A stretch of DNA of 64,000 nucleotides from Octopus vulgaris (GCA_951406725.2 OX597828.1:30256001-30320000); one strand, 5' to 3'. Counted from the stretch's first letter, positions 24,695 through 40,165 are shown. Notes: generated by a model not told the origin, from the letters alone. Numbers and translations: made by a program.

Positions 24695-26904
24695 CTACGG
24701 TAAAACACCATAAGAATTAGCCTTCTTCTTCTGAATAAGTCGCAAAAAATTGCTATGAGCGACAAATGTCTAAGTCGAATATATACACCAAATCAGCAAA
24801 AGTCGGCATAATGAATTGCGAAAACTAAATGAGTACATTTATAATCTAGAAACATATATCCAAGAAATAAAATATATGAGTGTCGGATTTCCATTGATGC
24901 ACAGTTTATAGGTAGTTAATCTCAAGCGCTCTTTTTGAGTTCCTGTCACCAAACATTGAAACATCATGGGTAGAAAATATCTGACTTTTATTCAGGTAGA
25001 ACTCGGTTTAGAAGATTTTTTTTTCACATAATCTTTCATGATGGTGAACAATAACAATAAAATAAAATAAATAGGAAGAAATATTCTTTTATGTTTTATT
25101 AAGGAAAAAAAACAAACATCATCAAATAAATCCATAGATGGTACCTGAGATCATATTATTATGTTTATTATTCTTCTTGATGTTAATCCGAACGTATGGA
25201 TGATAATTTCAATCGAGTTATGAACTTGTTCCTTGATTTAAGTACGTCGATATGAAAAAGATGAGTTAGATATGTCACCATCGTTTGGACACAATAAAAA
25301 CTGAACGAGAGAGAAAGAGGGGGGGGGGGAGAAAGGGAAAGAGAGAAAGAAAAAATGGGCGAGAAAGAAAACGGGAATGAAAAAAGACACAGAGGGAGTG
25401 ACAATATGATTGGAAGATACAGACACGAATATCTTGCCATCGAATACTTACAACTTGTTGTATTCTTGTTTACTATGTAGAGGATCATAATTTGAATTAG
25501 GTACTTTAGAGATGGCGATACACTGCTATGCCTTGTTCCTTCCAGCCTGGAGAGTCTGCTGCGCAAGTAGTAATTGAATTGATCACCTATGGGAAAAGAG
25601 GAGAGACAGGGAGGATTTCTAGAAAGGAGAACCTCTCGAGAGAAAATTGCATGGTCTGTAGCATGCAGTTGGAAGGAAATGGATATTACCAATTTGTCTG
25701 ATGCTGCGATGCATTATTCCTGGTGTTCAGAACAGAGAGGCAATTTTCCCTTATGTAAAACGCTGATGACAGTTCTTGGGAAATTATTTTCTAATCAGCT
25801 GAACACCCTGTCATTGAATGAAATTCAGAATAGGCTTCTGTATAGTAGGGTATGTGTAGTAACTTGTGTAAAATGTAATAACTGGTCCTAAATATAGTGG
25901 TCCTTAGAGTTGGAAGCAGATTCCTCATAGTTAGATTATAGCTTTCAACATTATATGAGTTGCGTGGGCAAAGACAAAGCACTGATTGTGAGATAGTATT
26001 AATAAAATATTTGAAGATTTGCTGATGTTTCCATTAAGTCAGATGTGACATAAATAAGTATTTTTGATCTTCAGTGTAATTATGTCTCACTTTTTATTTA
26101 ACATTTCGAGGTCTCCGCATACGGAAACAATGAACGTTAGGTTTTAGTTGTCTAAGTTGCCTGTTTATGGTTGTTAAACATATAATAACGAGTAATATCA
26201 TATAGTTAGTGTCTATGGGAGGGGGGGTTATGGAAATCAATTCGTTTAATATAGAAGAAAATGTGTGGAAGATAACATCTATGGTTTGTAGAGTGCAACT
26301 CAATAGGATTTTTATCAAGCCTCACTGAAATGGAATCCGCCTGAATTAATCTTCCAGAAATGAATGATTTCTAAGAAACCATGCGTTCACAAGTGTTACT
26401 ATGAGTTTTGAAAACAGGTTTACAGTCTTGTCCTTCATAAATGATGAAGAGAGGAACAATCTTTTGAGCTCATCATCTGGGATAATGCAGCATACATTAT
26501 GAGTTGAGAGTTGAGAGTGAGTTTACTTTGAACTAGTAACAGGTGGAAATAAAGATAAAATACTAATCACGATTTTCAAAGGTAAAGAAGAGTAAACTGA
26601 AATGCAAATCCTTATAAACTAATGACGTATGTTAATTATCTAATTATTTAAAAACCTAGTTTCAACATATAGGAAAAAGTCCAAACTATCGTTATATATA
26701 GCCCGAAAAGGGTATATGAAATAATGTAGTAAATTGGGACAAATTAAAATTTAAATTCTTTGTAAGAAAATAACTGATATATATGAAAGAATATATTTGT
26801 CAATAATTTGGCTTGACACGATATCAAAAAGAATTCGGGAAACACAATAAAGGGAATTAGAAATAACAAAAAATATAAAGAATGGAAGACTCATGCAAAA
26901 TGCC

Positions 26905-27347
26905 AGTTCCAATATGTTGCTAATATCTACATTCGGTCTGCTTAGGAGGCTGTTGTGTACTAGCATGTGTGCTGCTTCTTTTAATTTTCGTATTTTCCAG
27001 TAGTGCTCTCATTCTATTATTTAACTTCATCGCACAGGAGAATGTGGTCTCCATTTTCCCATACATGTTCAGCTATAGCCGATTTATCAATATCTCCCCG
27101 TGCCACAAATTTGCGACGTTCCTCTACCCTTATTTTGAGGCGGCGGCATGTTTCGTCTTTGTATAAACTACCACAGCTGCATGGGATGGGTTATACGCAG
27201 TTCTTACTCATATTGTCTTCTATTGGTGGTTTTAACTCGAAGGAAATATTTGCGAAGAGTTGCATTACTTTTAAATACTGCCCTGTTCTCATATGGGCCG
27301 CATATCTTTTGTATCTTTTCGGAGAGGTCTTTCATATAGGGTAGACA
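26905..27347 (-). pseudogene. Penelope/Poseidon-type PLE GIY-YIG endonuclease remnant
   Basis: With frameshifts: LPYMKDLSEKIQKICGPY..VFKSNATLRKY..KNCV*PIPCSCGSLYKDETCRRLKIRVEERRK..KSAIAEHVWENGDH..YWKIRKLKEAAHM. Confidence 0.85.
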
Positions 27348-27359
27348 GGTCCTATATAG

Positions 27360-27455
<96 letters not shown>

Positions 27456-28188
27456 ATATATATATATAAATTTATGTCTCTGTCGCCGTCTCTCGCTCTG
27501 ACTGTCTGTCTGTCTCTCTCTAAATACACATACACACACACACATACACACACTTATACAATGAGATTTCACACCGCTTTTCTGCGAACAGATACACTCA
27601 AAAAGGGTTGATCGACTCAGGTTAGTATGTGAAGACACTTGGCCAAGAGGCTGCATTTACCTAACAGTCCCTGTTAATGGATCGACAAATAGATTGATAG
27701 ATAGATAGATAGATAGATATTAAGAGAGATAGAGAGGCAGGCCTATGTGCAAGTAACACTTGCTTCTATATATATATATATATAAACATATATGTATGCA
27801 TGAAAACGTACTTATGCGTAAATTGCAAAGAAAATCATGAGGCAAAATCATTATATTTTGACATCAATGGATTATGTATACAAACTGTCATGTGTTGATA
27901 TACGAAAATATTTACTTTATATCTGTTTCAGATAAATGTAAATTACTTGTGATTCTAATTACACACGATTATCCGCTTTTGAAATGCTTTTCATTTTCAA
28001 CTTACCTATGCCGGTTCTACACAGACATCTCACATGTGTACCCACACACACACACACGCACGCATATATATTTATATATATGTATGCATATGTCTATATC
28101 TATTAGATATGTATATATGTATATGTATATTTATGTATGCATATGCGTGTATATATATATACATACATACATGCATACATACATACAT

Positions 28189-28219
<31 letters not shown>

Positions 28220-29414
28220 TATATATATATATATTATATTTGTATATTTCTCAAACATGCAAAAATACATACAAGCACAACTGTGTGTGTAAGGATGTGC
28301 GTGCGAGTGTGTGTGTGTGTATGTTATGTGTGGTGTTTGTCTATAAGATTAATCTATTTTATGCATAATTTCTGTTCGAAATGCTAACATATATTCATGT
28401 TCTCAAGTGAATAATTTCTATCGAAATTGTTTAGATAGTTTTGTTCTACATTTTCGTGAAAGCATCTTGTGCTGTGAGATTCTATATCCGCAATTCTGAG
28501 ATCAAAGATAAAATACCTACAAATTTACACATTTCGTTATCACTTGCGGCAGCAAGGGAACGTATCGTTTCCTCCATCTGTGTTTACGTAAGACATATAA
28601 CCTAATTATTACTCTATAAATTACATTGTTTTTCAAAAGTGTATTTCATCTTTTTTTCGCTGTTAATCTTGTTAAATACGCATTATTAGAAGTTAATTTA
28701 TTTTAATAAAATTTGAATTTACATCAGGCGTTATGGAAGAAATTGCTGTAAAAAATTATTCTAAGAAAGTATGGGAAACATTGAATAAATCTCTAAAAAA
28801 CCAACCAAATAAGAACACGTTATATACATACATACCGACATATATATATATTTATATATATATATATATACAACATATATGCATATTTAATATCATATAT
28901 ATCCTTACACATACTTATAATATTTGTATACGTGAATGTATTTACGTATATCTCTTTGTAAAAATACATGTACGTACATGTGCAGAGATATATGCATATA
29001 TACACAAATACATACATACATACATACATACATGCATGCATACATACATACATATATAATACATACATACATACATACATACATACATACAAATATCTTT
29101 ACGTTGAAAACATGTTGCGAAATACTATTGCGATATATGGTCGAAGTTATGAATTTTCCTAGAGTTGTTATCAAATAGAGTTGTGTTGAACGAACATGTA
29201 ATATAACTTATCCAATTAGATACTAAAAATCATTATTTTTGCAGTTTCGATCCAGATCGGAACCGATGGATTACGGCTCGACCGGCATTTATTTTGGCTT
29301 TTGCGTTTTGATTCCAAACGCTGTCTCAGCCGACTTTTCCTTTTCCATTTGTGAAGTATGTTCCAAGTTATCAACTAATCCCCCCCCCATCCTCCAAATT
29401 AGTGAACATTGATT

Positions 29415-29625
29415 TCAAATTTGGCTACAAGGCCTCTAATTTCTGAGTGGAGGGTAAGTGGATTGCATCGACACCAGTGTTCAACTGGTACTTATTATAT
29501 CGACCCCGAAAAGATGAAAGGTAATGTCAACCACTGTGGGATTTGAACTGAAATCGTATAAAGACAGACGAAATGCCGCTAAGCATTTTTTCGGCTTGCT
29601 AATGATTCTGACAGCTCGCTGCCCT
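29415..29625 (-). mobile_element. SINE family B copy
   Basis: actggtacttattatatcgaccccgaaaagatgaaaggt...gctaatgattctgacagctcgctgcc. Confidence 0.75.
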
Positions 29626-29799
29626 TAGTAAATTAGTAAATGACGATAAATTAAGTGATGATGCAAAGAGCTTTTACGTTTCTCACGGCAGAATTTGAAA
29701 CAGGAGTAATACAAATCTGCGTACGAAGTAAATTTCTAAATCAATTCCTTCGGTACAAAAGTATGTATTACGGAAATATAATATTATGAAGCGCATAAA

Positions 29800-30012
29800 C
29801 GGCGAGATGGCAGAAAAGTTAGATCGTTTGGAAAAAATGCTTGGCGGCATTTCGTTTGTCTCTAATTTCTGAGTTCAAAGTCAGTCGAAGTCGTCTTTGT
29901 ATCTTATCTTTTCAGGGTTGATATAAACAGGTCGCAGTTGAGCACTAGGGCCGATGTAATCGACTGCCTCCCTCCCGCAAAATTGCTTGCCGTGTTCCAA
30001 AATCTGAAATCA
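29800..30012 (+). mobile_element. SINE family B copy (degenerate)
   Basis: ggcgagatggcagaaa..ttctgagttcaaag..gtcgtctttgtatcttatcttttcagggttgata..gatgtaatcgact. Confidence 0.65.
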
Positions 30013-30458
30013 ATATTTGAAGTTCATCTTGTTTACATGTGGTTTCTCACGTCAACCGAAAAAATCGCACCGTTAGCTTATATATTTATAGAAATTGCTA
30101 ACCAGAGAAAACGGTCTACTTGAATCAGAAAATGAAAGCAAGTTATTATCTCTTAAACATTCTTTTAAAAAATGCCTTCTTTTTGTAGATATTGAAGAGG
30201 TTTGTTTACATTATTATTGAGAATACATTCGTTGTTTTACTGCTACTTCAGCATAAATTCAATAAATGTTTGCCGTAATAAATAATAAGCAGTTAGAAAA
30301 GACGATCAATATGATAGAATAGAAATAGCCGCCTAATCACTAAATTGAACCTCCCACTGAGCTGCTGGGACATTTTTGGTTAAATTAAAAACAATGAATT
30401 TCTTAAAAAAGAGGTTTCTAGGAAAAGTACAATTGATCCAATAATATATTATCTGTTA

Positions 30459-30670
30459 AAGGTGGCGGGCTGACAGAAACGCTAGAACGCCGGGCGAAAT
30501 GCTAAGCGGTATTTCGTCTGCCGCTATGTTCTCAGTTCAAATTGCGCCGAGCTCGACTTTGCCTTTGATCCTTTCGGGAGCGATAAATCAAGTACCAGTT
30601 GCGTACTGGGGTGGATCTAATCGTATGTATCCCCTCCCCTAAAACTTCTGGCCTTGGCCCTAGAGTAGAA
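30459..30670 (+). mobile_element. SINE family B copy
   Basis: aaggtggcgggctgacagaaacg..gccgagctcgactttgcctttgatcctttcgggagcgataaatcaagtaccagtt. Confidence 0.85.
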
Positions 30671-31379
30671 AATAATATATTACCTGTCAACAACAAACCT
30701 TTATTTTAATGGATTTCTAAATGTAATTGTTCGCTTTGACATAATTTTACATGCTTAGCTGTCAAGAAAAGTATAGTTCAGTATGTGCATAGGGTTCTAT
30801 TCCCTGTCTTTCTATATACCTTTCCTTGACATTAAGCATCCTATATGACAAAAAAGCTTAGGTCTTGTCAGCTCAACTTCAACTCTTGTCAGAAACTGCC
30901 TGCAGATGAGAAGGGGTTATGTAATTATGTTAATATGTAATACGGATTTGCATGCACTATAATTGTTGTAACAGGACGCACACACTTAACTGTTACCTAA
31001 AACACACACAAAGGACCCCCCCCCACACACACACATAGACACACGCACGCACACATCTCCGCACTCAAACATTACATGACAATCATATTTATTTCAGTTT
31101 CAACTTTCATGGGGCACATTTAAACCTCCAAGCTCAGCATTAACACTGAAAACTCAGTTTTATTTCTCGACATATATGCCCATGAGGCATATCGCCCACT
31201 GCACCTTTGCAAGTGACTGTCCTCACATCCTTGTTTGGCATTCTGATCCGGTCTCTACAAGACCCGAATCAGACAGAATTTCGAATTCGCAAGTTGCTTA
31301 CTTTTGGCCAGTAACTACCTCGTCCAAGTCTGTGACCATGAAATTAGGATCATAATTAGGATCACTAATGAACTTGATT

Positions 31380-32060
31380 AGAGACATGAAAGAAGAGCTG
31401 GTACAGATCTCTCCCTAAGGAGCATTGTTAAAATCCATTTATCGGGAGAACAAAATCAAAAGAAAAAAAACGGACCAGTACACAGAGATGATGGTACACG
31501 AGGACGTGACACGAGAAACACAAACCATTGAAGGGATTGATCATATTAAAAGCTTGTCATAAAAAAACGTTTATGACATCCCATTTTGAAGGCTGCCTTC
31601 TTGCAGTTCAAGAACCAGACATCTCCGCCATGTACCTAGGGCACAAAAAGAGGCAGAAAATGTTGACAAATAAATGTAGTCCATGCAAGACCAGGACTGA
31701 AGACATCAACCACATTATTATCAACTGCGAAGGAATGACTTACAAATGGTGTATGCCTCCCCATGATGTATGATGCGGTGGCCAGAACAGTCTGGAACAG
31801 GATAGCAAAAAGGAAAACACCCACAGACGGAGTTGACTATATTGAGATCGATGGGTCAAAAAGAATATTGATGGAACTTAAAAATTAAAACGGGCACGAA
31901 GTTAAGCCACAATCGCCAGGCATCTACGTGCCATTGATAAGAGTTTACAAATCCACTTCCCGAGATATACTTTCAGATCCATATCTGTCGTTATTATTGA
32001 AGCAACAAGATACATACCAAGCTGCCTGGAACAAAATATGACTAATTTGTCTTTTGGTAT
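31380..32060 (+). mobile_element. R4/Dong-like LINE C-terminal remnant (CCHC knuckle + restriction-like endonuclease)
   Basis: TSHFEGCLLAVQEPDI..KCSPCK..EDINHIIINC...HD..VARTVWN..WNLKIKTGTKLSHNR. Confidence 0.75.
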
Positions 32061-32530
32061 AGACACTGTATATCTTTATTTCATACATTACAAAGGATCA
32101 CGATATCTGTGATTGTGATTTAAAGAATGATGAACAAAACAAAATGATCTCCTTCACAACTTAGCTACTATTTGGGTGGCCGGTCAAAATTTATACTCAA
32201 CTGAATAGACAAGGGAAGAATATATATGCATAAAAATAGGTCTAAGATGAAAACATTGAGAACATGATTAAGTTTGTACTAACTGGGAACGATATCGAGC
32301 ATTTTTATTTGAATTTGAAAACGATGAGCCTTGCTTTAAATATGTTCCCAGCTTCATTTTATTTGGTTCTGTCTTGTTTTTTCTGTGGCAGGGAGGAGGG
32401 TACGAATCACAATTTAATGGGTTTCTCCAACCAAACATATATAAAGCCAATGTAAGGGGTAAGTTCAATATTGTTCAATAGACTTGATGGCCTCAAACCA
32501 GTTCATTAAATAGGAATTTCGGGACATGTA

Positions 32531-33794
32531 TTGGGTTGGCAACTAAGTTCCCGCCGTTTTATTTAGTTTTGGAATCTATTGCGTTTTTAAATTTTGGAAT
32601 TTATTTATTTCGAGAATTATATTTTTGAATCATTTTGGAATTTATTATTTTTTCTAGTTAATTTTAGTTAATTTTTGTTTATTTTCAGATCATAAAAATG
32701 GAATGTCAAGTTAAGAAAAACGAGCATTTTCGACACCTCCTTCTTTTTGCTTTAAATCAAGTTTCTAAGGCCGCAATAACTGCTCGCGACATTTGTGCTG
32801 GGAATGAAGAGGGTGCCATAGTTGAAAGAACCGCTCGTGATTGGTATACCAAGTTCAAAAATTGAAATTTTGACCTCGAAGACGCACCTCACTCTGGCCG
32901 TCCAGTTGAGTTCAATGAAAGGCCATTAAAGGGCCATTAAACCTATTATTGCACGGAAATGTTTCGTCAAACCACAAGGGAACTGCCAGAGAAAATGGAA
33001 TTCTCCCACACTGCTGTAGAGAAGCATCTTCACTCGATGGGAAAAGTTCAGAAGTATGGTGCATGGGTTCCACCTGCTTTAAGTGACAACAACAAAATTC
33101 AACGAGCCACAATCTCCGCTGGTTTGCTTGCTCGTCACTGCTTAACTCACGGATACAAGCAACGATTTTTTACCGAATCGTTAATGGCAACGAAACATGA
33201 TGCCTGTACATCAATATGAAGCAGATTAAAGAATGACTTAGCCCCAGTAAGCAAGCGAAACCGTGCGTGAAACAAGATCTTCATCCGCGTAAAACAATAT
33301 TGTTCTTCTGGTGAGACTGGGAAGAGATTATCCATTACGAATTGCTTGAATGGAACCAAACGTTCAACAGATGGAACGACTGAACACGGCATCACGGAGT
33401 TCTTCTGCTGCATGACAACGCCTGTTCTCATATCGCCAATATGACCAAGGAAATTATTCAAACGCGTAGCTGGGAAGTGCTGCCACACCGGCCGTACTCC
33501 AAATTTGACACCAACGGATTTCCAGCTCTTTAGATCTCTTTCAAATGCTATGCGCGGAGTTTCGTTCAATACTTATGTAGAATTGAGAACTTGGTTGGAT
33601 CAATTTTTCAAGTCGAAATCTGGTGATTTCTACCAACGAGGTATCGAAAATCTTGTTGGATGTTAGGAAGAAGTTGTAAACAACAAGGGTGAATACGTTA
33701 TTGGTTAATTAGTTGTTATTTTTTATTAAACCTTTTAAAACTTTTAATATATATATATATTAAAAAAACGGCGGGAACTTAGTTACCAACCCAA
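32531..33794 (+). mobile_element. Full-length mariner element (mellifera-subfamily-like), transposase pseudogenised
   Basis: TIRs ttgggttggcaactaagttcccgccgtttt and aaaacggcgggaacttagttaccaacccaa, with a TA TSD. ATG at 32698: EHFRHLLLF..SGRPVE..TTREL..WVPPAL..LHDNA..HRPYS..PTDFQLFRSLSN. Confidence 0.93.
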
Positions 33795-34099
33795 TAGAGT
33801 TTTTTTAATTATTTTCTCGCAAAGTGTACATGTCTGATAAAGTTGTATATACTGGATGCACATATTGCGACAGATTTTAATTTCCCTGCAAAACTGAATT
33901 AGGCATTTGTCTTTCTCTTTTATAATTCTAGATATACATAAGTGATAGTTATAACCCAATGCAATAAGTTATATATTTACTAACAGAGCTAGGAAAAGTT
34001 TATATAAGCAAACAACTATCATTTTTATAGGAAATGTTTTATGTGGAACAAATATTAGCTCATTGCTTTCAAATATACATATTTTAGATAACATTTCGA

Positions 34100-34158
<59 letters not shown>

Positions 34159-34401
34159 GAATAAGAATAACAACAGTAATATTAGTACTAATAATAATAT
34201 TTTCCTACTACATTTTTGTAAACATCAGATGGTTTAGATAAAATAACAATATTTATATTGCAATAATATGTCGTTTTGAAAACGAAATCTCACTTTCATA
34301 CGTCACAAATGTTTTACAGTGCTAAAATACATTTATTCAAGCACATAAGTATCTTCAGATTGGAATATAGCAACAAAGCTGCAAACGATAACAGGCACAC
34401 A

Positions 34402-34481
<80 letters not shown>

Positions 34482-34496
34482 ACACACAGACACACA

Positions 34497-34551
<55 letters not shown>

Positions 34552-34678
34552 GAAGTTTCGTAAGTATGTACATAAGTAGCTAGGTATGTATTATATGTAT
34601 GTGGCGATGCATGCAAGTGTATATATGTATCTATGTACGTATATACACTTACAGTTATAGGAGCATACATACACACGC

Positions 34679-34713
<35 letters not shown>

Positions 34714-35208
34714 ATACCTATATATTGTGTGTTTAAGCGTGTATGTGTCTAGATGTGAGTGTGTGTATAAAAAAAAATATTCATCATTTTCCAACGTTTG
34801 ATGCGAATACCAAGCAGTATTTGCAAGCCAATTAACGTTTCATTTACTAATGTTTTACATTTGAAATATCCATATTAATGGTTATTGATTTTCCTACCTA
34901 AGCCAATAGTTCTAGCGAAGATTTGATATTGAGTGTGGATTCTAGAAAGCAAGGACATATGAATGATTCAACAATAGACAATTCAAAGGAACTTTAATTT
35001 TTGTCTATCAATAAATAAAAAATCAATATTATGTTACTATAGATATAGGAATGCAAATGATCACTGTATAACTGTATTACCTATTACTTGGTGGAATCAC
35101 TAAAATGTTAAGCATTTATCATTTCTCAATTTATCTCTTCCACAATTTACAACTGACTCTTTCTCTTTTTCCCCTCCCTCTGACTCTCTCCCGCTTTCTT
35201 TTTATCTG

Positions 35209-35291
<83 letters not shown>

Positions 35292-35376
35292 GTCTGTCTG
35301 TCTGTCTATTAGTCTGTCAATCTACCTTCCTGTCTACCAGCCTGACTGTCCGCCTGATTGCCCGTCTCTCTGTGTG

Positions 35377-35452
<76 letters not shown>

Positions 35453-35559
35453 GCTATCTATCTATCTAGCTAGCTAGCTTTCACTCTGTTTGTCTGTATG
35501 TGTGTCTGTCAATCTTTCTGTCTCTCTATCTCTCTCTGTATGTATGTATCTATATTTTT

Positions 35560-36010
35560 TCAGAACCATCAAAAAAGATGCTATGCTACTCCTACGGAGA
35601 TTTTAGCCAGGATTACTGCTCTCATCTGTGGTTCCTACAAAGCACCAGACTGGTGACTGAACTGGAGGCAATCTAACGCCGTAACACGAAGCACATTGAC
35701 TCGTTGAAACAGATTTGCTGAAAGAACATAATCTCTACGTCTTAAAGTGAATGCAGCTAACACATGCAGTGATATACATATGAAAAATCCTAGAACGTCT
35801 CGTTCCGAATTTTGAAACTCGAAGCTATACAAACTACCGAACTGGAAACACTGCATGGGAGTAAATATACCCTCTTCTCCATGTATAATAGAGACTCAGT
35901 ACTGTAATAGATTTGATTTCAAGGGTTCACAATCGTTCAACATTCTGCCAAAAAACCTCAGTGATTTGCGAAGTGTAGACGTGGAAGCCTTCAAAGAAGA
36001 AACCGTGATC
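35560..36010 (+). mobile_element. CR1-like LINE RT C-terminal fragment
   Basis: DYCSHLW..TELEAI*RR..AVIYI*KILERLVPNF..YCN..FKGSQSFNILPKNL..VEAFK. Same family type as 17933-18238. Confidence 0.75.
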
Positions 36011-36082
36011 TAGCAATCGTGGCTGCGATACGATGCAGGTATTTACATCCATACATCCTTACCTGGGGCACATCATTTAGTA

Positions 36083-36243
36083 AGCGCAGGAGTGGAAGCG
36101 TTACAAAAAGCTTGCTCCCCAACTACATGGTTCAATCCGACTACGTGGCACCTTGGGCAAGTGTCTTGTACTGTAGCATCTGGCCCGATCAAAACCTTGT
36201 GAGATAATTTGTTAGACGGAAACAGAAAGAAGCCTGTCGTATA
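36083..36243 (+). mobile_element. 5' (tRNA-head) half of SINE family A
   Basis: gcgcaggagtgg..ggcaccttgggcaagtgtctt..agacggaaacagaaagaagcctgtcgtata. Confidence 0.8.
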
Positions 36244-36813
36244 TATATGTGTGTGTGTGTGTGTGTGTATGTGTGTGTATGTGTGTATGTGTGTGTGTGT
36301 GTGCGTGGCGTGTGTGTGTATGTATGTATGCATGTATGTGTGTATGCTAGGCGGTGCTCTAGCATACATACATGGGCGTGTGTGAGTATGTCTATGCATA
36401 TATAGAATGTTTTTGTTCGGTTGTTTATAAAGAACATTTCCTTTATAAGCTGTCGACTGAAGATCATCATGAATTTGTTATGCACGTGCGTGTGTTGTGT
36501 GTGTGTGTGTAAGTGTGTGTGAGAGAGTATTAATGCAGGTGTATGAACAACGATATAATTTTTCTCTATTGATTTCAAATAATTATGCTCATATGTGAAG
36601 TATTCCCATGGAATCGGTGAACTTACATCAATGGAAAATAATTTAATTTAAAATTATTTAATTCTAAAGAAAATTGAAATGTAATCATAAAGAGACATCA
36701 AAACAACGTCTTAAACACACACAGACACACATTTATATATTTACATATATATATATAGTATATATATATATATATGTATATATATGTATATATATATATT
36801 CATACATATATAA

Positions 36814-36856
<43 letters not shown>

Positions 36857-36877
36857 CATATATATATATATATATAC

Positions 36878-36914
<37 letters not shown>

Positions 36915-37424
36915 CCATAATTTATTCATTTATTGAAATAAGTATCCAATATTCTTAATGTACAATGGAAACACGGAATCTATTCAATGTCGTAAGACCT
37001 ACTAATATAACAGAAATTTTCCCCTTCTAAACCGCTCTGAATCTTCTTCACGTGTGTGATTAAAAAATTTACGTAATCATCGCGGCGGGAACAAATCCAG
37101 AAACTCAATGCAATCTGATTTAATGTAAAAAGAACAAAAATAAAATTTGAAACCGAATTTTGTGATTCTTCATATTCTTTACACCAGAAATATTTATTGT
37201 GTTGTAATAAAGTTAAATATAGTATTAGTAATAGTAGTAGCGGTAGCGGAAGCAGCATTAGTAGTAGTAGCAGGAGGAGGAGAAGATGGTGGAGTTTTAG
37301 GTGTATTAGTAGTAGCAGTAGTAATGGTTGTTGTTCTCGTAGTTGTAGTTGCAGTAACCCGCGTAGTAGAGCATGCAGCAGCAGCAGTACCAGTAGTAGT
37401 AGTAGCAGCAGCAGAAGTAGTAGC

Positions 37425-37458
<34 letters not shown>

Positions 37459-38862
37459 CTGGCATTAGTAGAAAAAATAACAAGAAATAGAAGGAGGAAT
37501 AGAAAAGGGGTAGAATAACAGCAACGAAAATTTCACACACCACGCCATGTGGATCATGAACCTAGTCTAAACAATAACACTTAACCTGGAATGCAAATTT
37601 CTTTCCTAGGATATTTTCGTAGCATGCTTTCCAGGCAAAACTGGCGGGAAGTAGTTGATGCTCAAACTTAGTAAACCAGCTTCAGATGTAAACTTAGAGA
37701 ACTCTGAAACTAGAAAGGTTAGGAATATAAATTTGTAATTTTTCGAAAATTATCATTTCACGTAGAATTGTTATTTATCCTTCTTCAACGCGATTAACAT
37801 TTATCGTTATCTGATGGCATACGGGTATTGATTTTTGCGAATTCCAGGTAACATTACACGAGAAGTAAATTAAATATCATTATATAAAATTACCCATACT
37901 TTTTAACGATATCGACATATATATATATACAAACACCACACGCAGACACGCACACACACATGTACGTATATTTGTATTTATTATACACACAAACACTCAC
38001 ACACATATATATATATATATATACTTTTGAACGTAACGTCTTACATAGTGTGTGAAAGTGGAACATGCAGTATGCTAATTACACAGAACTGCATTTAGAT
38101 ATAATTGAAAATGCCAGCGGAATAATTATGGTTAAATTTGAGGTATTATATTTACATAGCTAGACATATTGACATGCTTTCTGAATAGTAGGTCTTTAGG
38201 AATTGTATTGGCCATGTTATTTTATTTATTTATTTTTTTTTGCTTTTTGTAGTCTTTTCGAGGTTATAAAATCTATGAAAAATTACTGCAATACATATTT
38301 AGTGTGCGAGAATATGAATGACGAGATGAAAAATGATGCGGTCGCCTGAGTATAGGTAGCATGTGACATGCTATCAATTCCTGAAAGAATATTCATAGCA
38401 GATCTATAAATTAAAAGGGTATAAAATTACGCTAAATTTATCACTGGCAGTTATCGCTAGAAATCTAAAATTCACGTTGAAAATATTTGATATGAAATAA
38501 AATCTTTCAAACTCATCAGTGGCTTATCTTTTATTTTTACATTTTGGTATTTCATAACAAATTTAATATGCTATGCTACATCATTTTTTTAACTACGCTG
38601 TTACAACATTTTACCGTAATGTGAATTTCCCTAATTGACTATTGTCCAAAACTATACGATAAATATGTAATACTTCTACATATCCCTGGTATTTAATGTG
38701 ATTACTCCACTGTTATCATTATGTCTCCAGCAGATAAACATTTCATTTATGACGTGCAACTGTACCGCAGAGCAATAAGTTTTCAGCAATAAATACATAT
38801 AAATAATTACAAACATACATGCGTATACATTCATGTGTGTGTATATCTATGTTTCTGTGTAT

Positions 38863-38912
<50 letters not shown>

Positions 38913-38931
38913 ATATATAATATATATATAG

Positions 38932-38998
<67 letters not shown>

Positions 38999-39035
38999 CA
39001 TATATATATATACATACATACATATATATACAAAA

Positions 39036-39147
<112 letters not shown>

Positions 39148-39301
39148 ATACAGACTGGTGAGTGAACGAAAGAAAGAGGCACTGAAGATATTTAGTAGGA
39201 GTTACATATATTATTTAAAGCACTTTGATGCGGCCCCGTTCAAAATAAAGATTACAGGGTTTCTTACGGAAACCTACTTGGTCAGGTTCAGATAGCCGAA
39301 T

Positions 39302-39332
<31 letters not shown>

Positions 39333-39700
39333 ACACACACACACACACAAACAATCAAACAAATATACACAAACACACAGTCACACATTCACATATATGT
39401 ACATAGGGTAATTGAACAAGGAGACTAACTCTCGTAATGTTGTTAAACCGTTTATATCTTGAATTCTTCTACATATGTTTCGACGAATGCATTCAAAAAT
39501 GTCTGACAGCATAAATTCTGGTCACCAAGGCATCAATCTCATCAGGAAGGATATAATAACAAACAGACGTGTTAACAGAAATGCAACGTACTTACATTCA
39601 GATGCACACAGACGTACACACACACAAAGCAATATATCGGTACCTTGTAATTATTCCCCTGGATTTTTCCTTTAAATTGTAAACTCTACAAATATATGTA

Positions 39701-39843
<143 letters not shown>

Positions 39844-39899
39844 GTATGTATACGTATATATGTGTGTATATGAATGTAAGAATTTATATATATGTATTC

Positions 39900-40165
39900 A
39901 AGGTAGTGGTCAGGTTGTTACACTTACGATCTAGCGATCGTGATTTCAATTCCTAGCCCGGATGGCGTGTTGTGTTTTTGAGCCAAACACTTACTCTCAG
40001 GTGGCTCCGCGATCTCGACACCTAGGGCATGACACACCGTGCTCCTGTTCAGACAACGTCGATTTGATGGAGAAAGTGAGCTAATGTGTGGCACGAGCAA
40101 TTGAACACTATAAACGAACCATTTGTGCAGGCCATTTGGCGAAGTCTCAACACCCATACTTACGT
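39900..40165 (+). mobile_element. Degenerate tRNA-derived SINE (other family)
   Basis: tagtggtcagg..gatcgtgatttcaattcctagccc..gttgtgtttttgagccaaacactt: A/B-box-like head followed by a SINE core. Confidence 0.55.

Noticed and set aside
25400-26500. ORF 25183-25692 and a faint RT-like SLSPLF string
   Set aside because: Low-complexity and too decayed. Possibly an ancient LINE but not supportable.
31090-31330. INTENSVLFLDI string resembling a PLE RT motif
   Set aside because: A single short motif with no other RT motifs in register.
36980-37543. 187-aa poly-Leu ORF and overlapping poly-Ser/poly-Val ORFs
   Set aside because: Produced by a (TAG/CAG)n trinucleotide repeat.
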